Shown here: in pieces, positions 38,004-46,766 of the stretch | Numbering within the stretch: the first letter of the stretch is position 1 | Layout of the letters: every line of letters starts with the position of its first letter | Origin: Candidatus Saccharimonadales bacterium | GTDB lineage: Bacteria; Patescibacteriota; Saccharimonadia; Saccharimonadales; JACQNP01 | Length of the DNA stretch: 64,000 nt | NCBI GenBank assembly: GCA_038257245.1 | Contig: JBBSJL010000001.1 | Span: 23,776 to 87,775, forward strand | Direction: 5' to 3' | Position numbers and translations under genes: made by a program | The notes under the pieces: model-generated | What the model saw: only the letters and a program-made list of their open reading frames with translations | What the model was told of the DNA's origin: nothing | Database searches by the model: none

Positions 38004-40322
38004 TTACTTTTTTTGGGCTTTTCGTTTGAAACTACGTTTTTTCTTGGCAGGAGCCTTATCGAGCATTACTTTGCATTCGGCCTCTGTTAATTTGCTAGCG
38101 TCGGTAGATTTTGGAATTCGAGCGTTCTTAGTACCATCAGTAATGTAAGGACCATACGGTCCGTTAATAACGCTTATGCCGCTGTCAAACTGGTTGATAT
38201 ACTTGTTAGCTTCCTTCTCAAGCTTGGAAGCGTATAACTCTAAAGCCTCTGTCTCTGTAATTGTGAAAGGATCAAGAGGCTTAATTGACACATAGAGTTT
38301 GTCGACTTGAATGTATGGGCCAAATCGTCCGAGGTTAGCTTTAATGTCTTTACCGTCTGATGTCCGGCCGACCACACGAGGAAGTTTAAACATTTCCAAG
38401 GCTTCTTCCAGCGTAACGGTTTCTAGCTTTGCTCCTTTTGGCAATGGCGCAAACTTTGGTTTGTCTGCTGATTTGTCATCCTTGGGCGGATTACCCAACT
38501 GAAGCATTGGTCCATAACGTCCAAACCTTGCTAGTACTGGTAGGCCAGTTTTCGGATCAGTCCCAATTTCTCGGGCTTGGGCCACAGTTGCCCTATCAAT
38601 TTCTCCTGAATTTTCTATAAGTTCGTGGAAAGGTTTGTAGAATTCGTCTAGCATGCCGTTTCTGGATAGTTTGGCATCAGCTATCTGATCAAACTCTTCT
38701 TCGACATGAGCTGTAAATCCATAGTCGACCACTTGGTTAAAGTGCTCACTTAAGAAGTCACTAAGTACCTTACCGCTTGCAGTCGGGACAAGTTTCCCTT
38801 TATCAGATCCAGTTTTTTCTTGGATTATTCCACTTGTTACATTGTTGTTTTCTAGTTTAATGACAATGATATCGCGTGGCTCACCTTCGGTTTCACCTTT
38901 TTCGGCATAACCTCGTATTTGAACAGTATTAATTATGGTCGCGTATGTTGACGGCCGACCAATACCCAGTTCTTCCAACCTCTTAACTAGACTTCCTTCT
39001 GTGTATCTTGCGGGAGGTCGGGCAAAAATTTGTTTAGCGTTTGCCTCACGGAGTTCCAGAATGTCATCAGTTTTTAGTGGTGGCAGGATTTCGCTGTCTT
39101 TACCGCCGCCGTAAACCTTCAGGAAGCCGTCAAATATAATAACTTCACCTTTTGCTTCAAAAACCTGGTCAGTAGCTGAAATAGAAATCGTAATGACAGT
39201 TTTCTCCAGTTTTGCAGGAGACATTTGACTTGCTAACGTTCGGCGTCGTATCAGATCATACAGCTTTTGATTATATGTATCGCTGCTGGCTTGTTCGATA
39301 GTTACGTCCGTTGGGCGAATTGCTTCGTGAGCTTCCTGAGCACTGGCAGATTTGGTTTTGAACTTCCTGACTTGGTGGTATTCTTTGCCGTAAGTTTTAG
39401 TAATATAATCCGTCATTTGTGAAAGTGCTTGACCGCCAATGTTGACTGAATCAGTACGCATATAAGTTATCTTACCGTCTTGGTAGAGTTTTTGAGCTGA
39501 CGACATAGTTGCTTTTGAGCTGAATCCTAGTTTCGCATTAGCTTCTTGCTGCAGAGTGCTGGTGGTGAAAGGCGTACTTGGGTTGCGCGTTCCTGGGCTG
39601 GTCATTACATTGGTGACACTAAATTTTGCATCAACAAGTTTTTCCAGAAAAGCCTTGGCTTCTTCTTCCGTGTCAAACCTGTTAGGTAGTTCCGACTTAA
39701 TGATTGATGAGTCAATCAAAAATTCAGCTGTAATCTTGAAAGAAAATGAACTCTCAAAACTTTCAATTTCTCTTTCGCGCTCTACTAGCAGTCTCACGGC
39801 CGGTGATTGAACACGACCGGCTGACTTACCGCCTGGAACTTTTTGCCACACAACCGGAGAAAGCTCAAAGCCTACAATTCTATCTAGTATTTGTCTGGCC
39901 TGTTGAGCCTCTACCAAGCGCATATCAACTGATCTTGGGTTTTTGACAGCTTCATCAATTGCCTGTTTGGTTATTTCGTGGAAGACGATACGCTTGGTCG
40001 TTTTGAGGTCAAGTTTTAATACTTCACACAAATGCCAAGCAATGCCCTCGCCTTCTCGATCTTCATCAGTTGCTAGCCAAACGGTATCGGCAATTTTAAC
40101 GGCTTTTTTAAGATCAGCAATAATTTTCTTTTTTTCAGGGTCAGTTTCGTAGGTTGTTTTAAATCCGTTTTTGACATCAATAGGTTCCACCCCGCCTTTA
40201 ACTTTTTTGGCGATGGAACGAATATGACCAACACTTGACCGCACTACGAAATCTTTACCGAGGTATTTTTCAATAGTTTTGGCTTTTGCCGGTGACTCAA
40301 CGATTACTAAATTTTTTGCCAT
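38004..40322 (-). CDS. topA: DNA topoisomerase I
   Basis: TOPRIM N-terminus (LVIVESPAKAKTIEKYLG) and active-site Tyr region (TYMRTDS). The Lys-rich C-terminus has no Zn ribbons. Confidence 0.9.
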   Translation of the reverse strand: MAKNLVIVESPAKAKTIEKYLGKDFVVRSSVGHIRSIAKKVKGGVEPIDVKNGFKTTYETDPEKKKIIADLKKAVKIADTVWLATDEDREGEGIAWHLCEVLKLDLKTTKRIVFHEITKQAIDEAVKNPRSVDMRLVEAQQARQILDRIVGFELSPVVWQKVPGGKSAGRVQSPAVRLLVEREREIESFESSFSFKITAEFLIDSSIIKSELPNRFDTEEEAKAFLEKLVDAKFSVTNVMTSPGTRNPSTPFTTSTLQQEANAKLGFSSKATMSSAQKLYQDGKITYMRTDSVNIGGQALSQMTDYITKTYGKEYHQVRKFKTKSASAQEAHEAIRPTDVTIEQASSDTYNQKLYDLIRRRTLASQMSPAKLEKTVITISISATDQVFEAKGEVIIFDGFLKVYGGGKDSEILPPLKTDDILELREANAKQIFARPPARYTEGSLVKRLEELGIGRPSTYATIINTVQIRGYAEKGETEGEPRDIIVIKLENNNVTSGIIQEKTGSDKGKLVPTASGKVLSDFLSEHFNQVVDYGFTAHVEEEFDQIADAKLSRNGMLDEFYKPFHELIENSGEIDRATVAQAREIGTDPKTGLPVLARFGRYGPMLQLGNPPKDDKSADKPKFAPLPKGAKLETVTLEEALEMFKLPRVVGRTSDGKDIKANLGRFGPYIQVDKLYVSIKPLDPFTITETEALELYASKLEKEANKYINQFDSGISVINGPYGPYITDGTKNARIPKSTDASKLTEAECKVMLDKAPAKKKRSFKRKAQKK

Positions 40323-40409
40323 TAATGCTTATAGTTTACCTATTTATAAGTTAACAGCAAGCAGACTACGTGTTTTTTGCAAAGATTGCAAGTCTGCTTG
40401 AGGTAAGTT

Positions 40410-40595
40410 TTAGCTATTTCCCAGTCTGTACCCGGCCCAAATACCAAGAATGGCGCCAAAGGTACTAAAAAGTATCCCCCAAATACCGAATATGTTTCCG
40501 TGGTCTAAAACGCTGCCTAGCCATCCACCCGCAATAGAACCTATGCCGATGTCTATATATATGTATGTTTTCGTTTCCACAATTTTATAATACAC
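40410..40595 (-). CDS. GlsB/YeaQ/YmgE-family small membrane protein
   Basis: IGSIAGGWLG...GIWGILFSTFGAILGIWAGY. Confidence 0.6.
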   Translation of the reverse strand: MYYKIVETKTYIYIDIGIGSIAGGWLGSVLDHGNIFGIWGILFSTFGAILGIWAGYRLGNS

Positions 40596-40609
40596 CTAGT
40601 ACTGTGTTT

Positions 40610-41467
40610 CTAGTATCGTATCCAATGTCCAGATCCAGCAGGACGGATTTTTTTAGTTATTTCTAGCATAGTTAGGGTTTGGCTAAACTCTTGATTACCC
40701 AGCTTGCTTTTAATTAATAATTCTTCACCGTTTGTAATACCTTGGCTGAGGAGGTCTATGATTATTTGTTCTTGCCTGTTAGCGGCAAATATTTCTTTTT
40801 CTGTGGATATAGCTTCTAGCTCTAAGGCGTTCAAGATGTCTGTCGCCGAGGCTATGGGCACAGCACCCGTACTAATTAAGTTATTTGTACCTTCGCTTTG
40901 GGGACTATTTATATTACCTGGAACGGCCATGACGACTTTCCCTTGCTCTAGTGCGAAGTTTGCAGTATGAATTGTTCCGCTTAGTCGGCTTGCTTCAGTA
41001 ATTAATGTACCATCACCTAATCCCGCTACTAATCTGTTCCTAGCTATAAAGTTTTGCTTCAGTGCTGGCATTCCTGGTTCGTATTCGCTTAGTAGTAGAC
41101 CTCCACGCTCTAATATTCTAATTGCAAGGTTACGATGTGAGGACGGATAAATGTTATCCAGACCTGCCGGCAAAACAGCTATGGTCTCCCCTCCAGCATC
41201 TAGTGCAGCTTGATGCGCAATAGAGTCGACGCCCAGGGCTAGACCACTAATAATGACAACTCCATACCCAGCAACCTCATGCACTAGATTGGCAGTAACT
41301 TGTCTACCATAAGCAGTAACCTTGCGACTACCCACAACAGATAGAGTATATTTACGATTTAAGAGATCTGTATTACCAATTACGTAGAGTTTTTTAGGAG
41401 GCGACGGTATACAGGCCAAGCGGCTAGGGATATCGTTTTCTTTAAGCGTTAGCAAATTGACATTCAT
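40610..41467 (-). CDS. dprA: DNA processing protein DprA (Smf)
   Basis: Rossmann core VVGSRKVTAYGRQ...ISGLALGVDSIAHQAAL; dprA-topA synteny. Confidence 0.85.
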   Translation of the reverse strand: MNVNLLTLKENDIPSRLACIPSPPKKLYVIGNTDLLNRKYTLSVVGSRKVTAYGRQVTANLVHEVAGYGVVIISGLALGVDSIAHQAALDAGGETIAVLPAGLDNIYPSSHRNLAIRILERGGLLLSEYEPGMPALKQNFIARNRLVAGLGDGTLITEASRLSGTIHTANFALEQGKVVMAVPGNINSPQSEGTNNLISTGAVPIASATDILNALELEAISTEKEIFAANRQEQIIIDLLSQGITNGEELLIKSKLGNQEFSQTLTMLEITKKIRPAGSGHWIRY

Positions 41468-41831
41468 ACAAATATGTATTTAAGTATTGACATAATGTCA
41501 TAAATTTGCTAGAATAGCAACCTGTAAGTACGCTATATGCGTTCTTACGTACCTTACACCCCTATTCTAACAATATTGTTAGATTGTTTTAGAGCGTGCT
41601 GGCTTAAGTTGTTACCCTCCACTTATCTAGCTTTAATTCGCTTGCGAGTTAAAAACATGCGTTCTAAAACAAACTAACCCCTTTAAGACACCCCACGTCC
41701 GCGTGGGGACCCCTTCTCGTAAGGGTCCGTCCCGTTTAGAGTGAGTCTAGACGATTCCAGCTTGCTGGAGACACAGAGCTGTAACTTATTGGCTTCTGAT
41801 GTTTCACTGGGTGGGCTTAAAGGGTGTAAAT

Positions 41832-41874
41832 GACCTCCAGCGGTGCCCACCCCCTCTGGAGGTCTTTTATATTT
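41832..41874 (+). terminator. Orphan intrinsic terminator (no annotated plus-strand gene upstream)
   Basis: GACCTCCAG-15nt-CTGGAGGTC followed by TTTTATATTT. Confidence 0.5.
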
Positions 41875-41900
41875 GTAAAAATTGTGCTATAATAATTGTA

Positions 41901-42125
41901 ATGAGTGATGACGGAGAAAAAGGTTTTGGTAGTGAATATGCGCAGGCTGTAGCTGCCCTGATTGAAGCTTCTGGATTTCAAAAAGATGGTAGTCATACAA
42001 CACCTGAAGCTGCCGCTAGTAGACGATCACTATTATCCATAACTGGTATACTAGCAAAATCACTAGGTGAAGTTACCTCACCCTTATATTTAGAGCCCCA
42101 AGAACCTAGTTCAGGAAGCTTCTAG
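41901..42125 (+). CDS. Hypothetical small protein (internal start of ORF-track entry 41799-42125)
   Basis: The ATG at 41901 is preceded by a TATAAT-like box (gctATAATAAttg). The longer ORF would read through the terminator hairpin. Confidence 0.3.
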   Translation: MSDDGEKGFGSEYAQAVAALIEASGFQKDGSHTTPEAAASRRSLLSITGILAKSLGEVTSPLYLEPQEPSSGSF

Positions 42126-42756
42126 TCTCACTGACTAGACTGTTCCCATAGATATACTCGGTAACTAGTGCACTGACTTCGCGAGTTAGTAGATTTAAAC
42201 TAGACTGTTCTTCCTTAGAAAATTTTTGCAAAACGAAATCGGCACTGTCGATCTTAGCGGAATGGTCATTATCGATACCAATACGTACCCGTCCAGTTTT
42301 TTGTCCGGAGTCCTCGCCTAGTTGCTCAAGGATGGACTTTATACCGTTGTGCCCCGCTGAGCCACCACCAATTCTTGTTCTGATCTGACCAAAGGATATA
42401 TCAAGTTCATCGTGGATAATTATGGTGTCATCAGCTGTAATCTTATAAAAACTCATTACTGATTGAACAGCCTGACCACTGATATTCATAAAAGTTGTAG
42501 GTTTTATTAGAATAATTCGTTGATCACCGGCTTTGCCCACAGAAATTTCTGATTTCAAATCCTTTTTAGTTATCCAATCAGGCAGGTCAAGGGCTAAACG
42601 CAATTTATCGATACACATAAAACCTATATTGTGCCTCGTAAGATCGTATTCTTTGCCTATATTACCCAGTCCAATAATAAGAGTAGATTTCTGAAGCCCG
42701 ACAGTATAGAGGGGTGCTGATGTGCTGCTTTGAGGCTTTTTTTGAAACAATGCCAT
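42106..42756 (-). CDS. pth: Peptidyl-tRNA hydrolase
   Basis: LIIGLGNIGKEYDLTRHNIGF and a conserved His/Asp region. The N-terminus may be over-extended. Confidence 0.8.
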   Translation of the reverse strand: MALFQKKPQSSTSAPLYTVGLQKSTLIIGLGNIGKEYDLTRHNIGFMCIDKLRLALDLPDWITKKDLKSEISVGKAGDQRIILIKPTTFMNISGQAVQSVMSFYKITADDTIIIHDELDISFGQIRTRIGGGSAGHNGIKSILEQLGEDSGQKTGRVRIGIDNDHSAKIDSADFVLQKFSKEEQSSLNLLTREVSALVTEYIYGNSLVSETRSFLN

Positions 42757-42788
42757 GGACTTAGGTTATAGGTAATAGATTGCAGTGT

Positions 42789-44180
42789 CTAGTCTTTGGT
42801 GGGACTTCGGCCGTGTTTGTGTGTAACGTGCTTTTCAAAAAACCACATTTTTATGGCTGTACCAGAAAACCCAAAGCTTTCTCGAAACTCACGTTCCAGA
42901 TATCGTTTATAAGACCAGTGCAAAAACTTTGTGTGAGATCCGTAGACCTTAAAATTGGTTGGATTCTGTTCTTCTTGAATCATGTAGTTCAGCTTTGGAG
43001 CCCGATTTTTTAGCCCGGCAGGTGGATGCTTTTCGGTTACGGTTTTGAGCCAGCGATTTAACTTGGCTGTAGTTACATGGGTTTTTTGGACTTCGTCGAT
43101 CTCGGTAACTATTTCGAATAGCTTGGTAACATTTTGGCCAGTTACAGCACTTGTGAATATTAGGCTTGCCCACGGCACAAAGTCGTAAATATGTTTGATC
43201 TGTGCGGCCATCTGGTCACGTGTGAAAGGTGTTTTGTCTTCCAGGCTGTCCCATTTGCTAACTACGAGCACCAGACCTTTATTAGCCTCCTTAATGGCAC
43301 CTGCTAGTTTTTGGTCTAAGGCTACACTAAGCTCGTTAGCATCCATAAGGAGTAAACAAACATCGGCTCGTTCTATAGCGCTAAGCGATCTGATTACACT
43401 AAAATGCTCGACTCCCCGCTCTATTTTCCCGTTACGGCGAATGCCTGCCGTGTCCATTATAATAATTTCTTTTTTGTTAAACATAACAGAAGTTTTGTTA
43501 ATGTCCCTTGTAGTTCCAGCTCTATCGGCTACGATCGCCTGCTGCTTCTTTACCAAGCTATTAAAAAGATATGACTTACCGACGTTTGGCCGACCGATCA
43601 ATGCAACTGATATCTGTTCTTCGGACTGTTTGAAGGTTGCTTCAGGTATTAGATCAATAGTTTGGCCTAGGAGTTCGTGAATGCCTCTGTTTTGGGTGGT
43701 GCTAGTTAAATATATATCTTTGATGCCAAGTTTTTGAAACTCTTTAGTGGTCGCCTTGTGGTTTTTATCTATCTTATTTACAATCAACAGAACTGGTTTT
43801 TTGGACTTTAGAGCCATCTTGGCAACTCTTCGATCTTCTTCTGTGATGATTGTGTCAGATTCAATCACAACCCATATTACATCTGCACTGTCGGATGCCT
43901 GTGTTATCTGTTCCTGGATCGTATATTCGAAGTCGTCCTCGGCGGTTTTTATGCCGGCCGTATCGACTAGCCAAAAATCTTGGTCATCGTAGCTGGCCTT
44001 TTCCCATATTGAATCGCGGGTTGTGCCGGCTTCTTGGGCGACAATTGCCTCTCGCTTTCGCAGGACAGAGTTAAAAAGGCTGGACTTGCCAACATTGGCC
44101 CGCCCAACAATCGCAATTATAGGTATAGAATTACTGCTCATACTTTCATTCATTATAACAGAGGTAAGGTATATTGACAA
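42789..44180 (-). CDS. der: Ribosome-biogenesis GTPase Der (EngA)
   Basis: Two tandem G domains (GRANVGKSSLFN and GRPNVGKSYLFN) plus a KH-like C-terminus. Confidence 0.9.
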   Translation of the reverse strand: MSIYLTSVIMNESMSSNSIPIIAIVGRANVGKSSLFNSVLRKREAIVAQEAGTTRDSIWEKASYDDQDFWLVDTAGIKTAEDDFEYTIQEQITQASDSADVIWVVIESDTIITEEDRRVAKMALKSKKPVLLIVNKIDKNHKATTKEFQKLGIKDIYLTSTTQNRGIHELLGQTIDLIPEATFKQSEEQISVALIGRPNVGKSYLFNSLVKKQQAIVADRAGTTRDINKTSVMFNKKEIIIMDTAGIRRNGKIERGVEHFSVIRSLSAIERADVCLLLMDANELSVALDQKLAGAIKEANKGLVLVVSKWDSLEDKTPFTRDQMAAQIKHIYDFVPWASLIFTSAVTGQNVTKLFEIVTEIDEVQKTHVTTAKLNRWLKTVTEKHPPAGLKNRAPKLNYMIQEEQNPTNFKVYGSHTKFLHWSYKRYLEREFRESFGFSGTAIKMWFFEKHVTHKHGRSPTKD

Positions 44181-44309
44181 GAATTTACAATGATGTCAAA
44201 AATTATTGGACTTGTCGTTACAATATGCTAAAATTGCATCATGGCAATTATCAACAAGACAACAAAGAAGATTCAGCCCTAGACGGTCTGCTTTTTATTG
44301 TCCAAATAA

Positions 44310-44341
44310 GAACCCCAGATCGTCGGGGTTCTTTTCTATTT
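44310..44341 (+). terminator. Intrinsic terminator-like hairpin in the der / 44400-ORF divergent region (candidate sRNA 3' end or leader attenuator)
   Basis: GAACCCC-8nt-GGGGTTC followed by TTTTCTATTT, preceded by TTGACA-like elements near 44177-44240. Confidence 0.4.
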
Positions 44342-44399
44342 GAGAATAGGATTCATTTAGGGCAAAAAGAAGCGAGACCACTAACTAAGGAAAAAAATT

Positions 44400-44753
44400 A
44401 TGTATATAACGGATTCAGAACTACTCCCAGACAAATATCGCGAACTTTTGGCTTCAGATAGAGACTTGCTGGTATCTGGTCGCCCACTTAATATATGGCG
44501 GTTAGGTGGTAAAGACTCGCACCTGTATGATTGCGAAGAAGTTATACAAATGTCATTTAGGCCAACTCTAGCTGTCGAAACGGAAATTAATCCACAGTCC
44601 AATCGAGAAATATCTCCGGCTTTCACCGGTATATTTGTTGTTATTACAGGGATTAACTACGAAACTGGTGACGAGTACAGGTTTGGTATAAAGGACAGCC
44701 TTAACTTTTGTTTGCAGTCTCTTGATTCTGTACTGCGCACCACTTGCCCATAG
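44400..44753 (+). CDS. Hypothetical protein
   Basis: AGGA-type RBS 8 nt upstream. Its 3' end overlaps the convergent pseudouridine synthase gene by about 50 nt. Confidence 0.35.
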   Translation: MYITDSELLPDKYRELLASDRDLLVSGRPLNIWRLGGKDSHLYDCEEVIQMSFRPTLAVETEINPQSNREISPAFTGIFVVITGINYETGDEYRFGIKDSLNFCLQSLDSVLRTTCP

Positions 44754-45390
44754 GTAGATTGTCTAGCTTATATTTGTCTAATCTAATTCTGTGCAATGAA
44801 ATAGTAATGTATTTAAGCTCACTAAATGTTCGCCGTATTTGCCGGTTTCGGCCTTCGTGCATTGTGATTTGCCACTTCAGTCTATCAGGGCTAAGTGATG
44901 TTAACGCAAGCCTACTGTGTCCATCAGTCAATTTTATCCCTGTTTCAGAAATCGATATTTGGTCATGAAGCACTAAGGGCTTATCAAGCTCAACTTCGTA
45001 TACCTTTTCTTTTTTCTTGGAGGGATGAGTTAAGTTATTCGCGAGATCTCCGTCATTGGTCATGATTAGTAGTCCCGAAGAGTCTTTATCTAACCGTCCA
45101 ACAGGATTAAGGTTATGTAGCTCAGGTGGCAGTAAGGAATATATTGTTTTACTCCCCTGGCCATTTCTTGAGCAGACAAACCCCCTAGGCTTGTTAAGCA
45201 AAAAGGTCGTGTTCGTTTTTTCTACAGTCTTAAATGTTCGCCCACCGTAGGTAACGTTATCTACGTCAGAAACGATTTGTCCCATTTTAGCGACCTGATT
45301 ATTTACAATAACCAGACCACTTTCTATAGCCTCATCAGCTTTTCGACGAGATAATTTGGTGTTTAATGCTAGGAACTTATTGAGTCGCAC
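44701..45390 (-). CDS. rRNA pseudouridine synthase (RsuA/RluB family, S4 + catalytic domain)
   Basis: S4 N-terminus, catalytic Asp in GRLDKDSSGLLIMTNDG, and a C-terminal HEGRNRQIRR. Confidence 0.8.
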   Translation of the reverse strand: MRLNKFLALNTKLSRRKADEAIESGLVIVNNQVAKMGQIVSDVDNVTYGGRTFKTVEKTNTTFLLNKPRGFVCSRNGQGSKTIYSLLPPELHNLNPVGRLDKDSSGLLIMTNDGDLANNLTHPSKKKEKVYEVELDKPLVLHDQISISETGIKLTDGHSRLALTSLSPDRLKWQITMHEGRNRQIRRTFSELKYITISLHRIRLDKYKLDNLPMGKWCAVQNQETANKS

Positions 45391-45402
45391 ACACTAATGG
45401 TA

Positions 45403-46686
45403 CTACAAAGCGATATTATTGGGGCTATTTGGGTCGCTTGATTCGGGAGCCTCAGCGACTGGTGTTTCGGTTGCTGCTGGCTGTTCAGTCGGAGCAGTAG
45501 CAGTTGCGGCGTTGCCATTTATTGTTCCGTCTTCAGAAATATTGATATTTGCAGCTTCAGTTTCTGGGGCGCTTGGTTGTGGAAGATCTACAGCAGGGCC
45601 ACTGTTGGCTTGAGCATTTTTAAGTTCCTCTTGTTGTAATAAGGCATTCAGGTCCGGTCCGGTTGAGTTGAGGTCGTTTATAGGGGTTATTACTTTCTTT
45701 GACGCAGCTGGTGAGTTTTGGTTAGCTACAGGGTTTGGTGCAGGAGTTTCTGGTGTAGTGTCCGTTGTGGTAGGTGTGTGTTCAGGAGCAATGGCTTGGG
45801 GCTGAGCTCCAGTTTCTGTAGCTGGTTTATCGAGTAAATCGTTAACTGCATCAGCTAGTTTTGCAGCATTGTCGGCTGCAGCTGTCGTTGCATCTTGTGG
45901 TTCTTCAGCTACTGCAATCTCTTCTACAGGATCAGGGTTAGTTTCGGGCTCTGGTGGTGACGCTACAGGAGTAGGTGTTGGCTTGGGCTCTTCTGCTGGC
46001 TCAGTTGTCTTGGCGTTCTCTACAAAATTATTTATTTGGTCTTCAATTTTTTTCCCCTGATCTTGACTCGATTCACTCAATTGTTGTTCGTCAGGTTGAT
46101 CGTCGTTAGTTACTGGGTCTGTAGCTGGGGGCTGGGCTGGCTCAGATACAGGAGCAGGCATAGCGGTTACTGATGGGGTGTCTTGTTGATCGGTATCGGT
46201 ACTATCTGAGTTATCGGTTGCAGTCGTGTTAGACTCATCTACCACGGGCTGTGGCATAGGGTCTGGGCTGGCGGCAGGTACAGGATCTGGGCTACCAGTC
46301 TGGGCAGCCGGTGCTGCTTCACCAGAAAGAACTTCCCGGGCAACTGCTGCCACATCTTCAAGTGTAACTTGGGATTTGACCAAGTATCGGTCGGCACCAA
46401 GTTTATCAGCGCGCTCTTTATCTTCGGCCTGTGACAAAGCTGTCATCATAATTATTTTGGTATTCTTGGTTTCTGGGGTTGTGCGAAGAATATCTAGCAT
46501 ATCAAAACCGCTTATCTTAGGCATCATTACATCAGAGATAATAAGATCTGGTTTTTCCTTTACTGCTAATGCTAGCGCCTCTTCACCGTCTTTTGCCGAT
46601 ACAATTTCATAACCTTCTGCGATTAAACGTGCTTCGTAAATTTCTCGTAGATTGTTGTCGTCTTCGACTAACATTATTTTTGACAT
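45403..46686 (-). CDS. Response regulator: receiver domain plus a roughly 300-aa Pro/Thr/Ala/Glu/Asp-rich disordered tail, no DNA-binding output
   Basis: IMLVEDD, DLIISDVMMP, TALSQ and KS motifs, then a low-complexity tail. Immediately downstream of the kinase on the same strand. Confidence 0.75.
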   Translation of the reverse strand: MSKIMLVEDDNNLREIYEARLIAEGYEIVSAKDGEEALALAVKEKPDLIISDVMMPKISGFDMLDILRTTPETKNTKIIMMTALSQAEDKERADKLGADRYLVKSQVTLEDVAAVAREVLSGEAAPAAQTGSPDPVPAASPDPMPQPVVDESNTTATDNSDSTDTDQQDTPSVTAMPAPVSEPAQPPATDPVTNDDQPDEQQLSESSQDQGKKIEDQINNFVENAKTTEPAEEPKPTPTPVASPPEPETNPDPVEEIAVAEEPQDATTAAADNAAKLADAVNDLLDKPATETGAQPQAIAPEHTPTTTDTTPETPAPNPVANQNSPAASKKVITPINDLNSTGPDLNALLQQEELKNAQANSGPAVDLPQPSAPETEAANINISEDGTINGNAATATAPTEQPAATETPVAEAPESSDPNSPNNIAL

Positions 46687-46766
46687 ATATCTTACCTATT
46701 ACCCCTTGTTATAGTGCTTATGTTACTTGTTAGTAATTGTATCATAACTTATCCCCCAGTGTTCTT

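Noticed and set aside
41799-42125. Full-length 108-aa ORF from the ORF track
   Set aside because: Its 5' part spans the strong intrinsic terminator hairpin and a TATAAT-like box. Only the internal-start version (41901-42125) was retained, at low confidence.
44174-44461. 95-aa plus-strand ORF in the der promoter region
   Set aside because: It overlaps terminator-like hairpins and the better-supported 44400 ORF in another frame, and has no RBS.
45403-46686. Possible tandem DNA repeat or CRISPR-like array in the GC-rich, repetitive-looking tail of the response regulator gene
   Set aside because: The repetition is at the amino-acid composition level (Pro/Thr/Ala/Glu) and not exact spaced DNA repeats. 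No CRISPR repeat-spacer periodicity was seen anywhere in the window.
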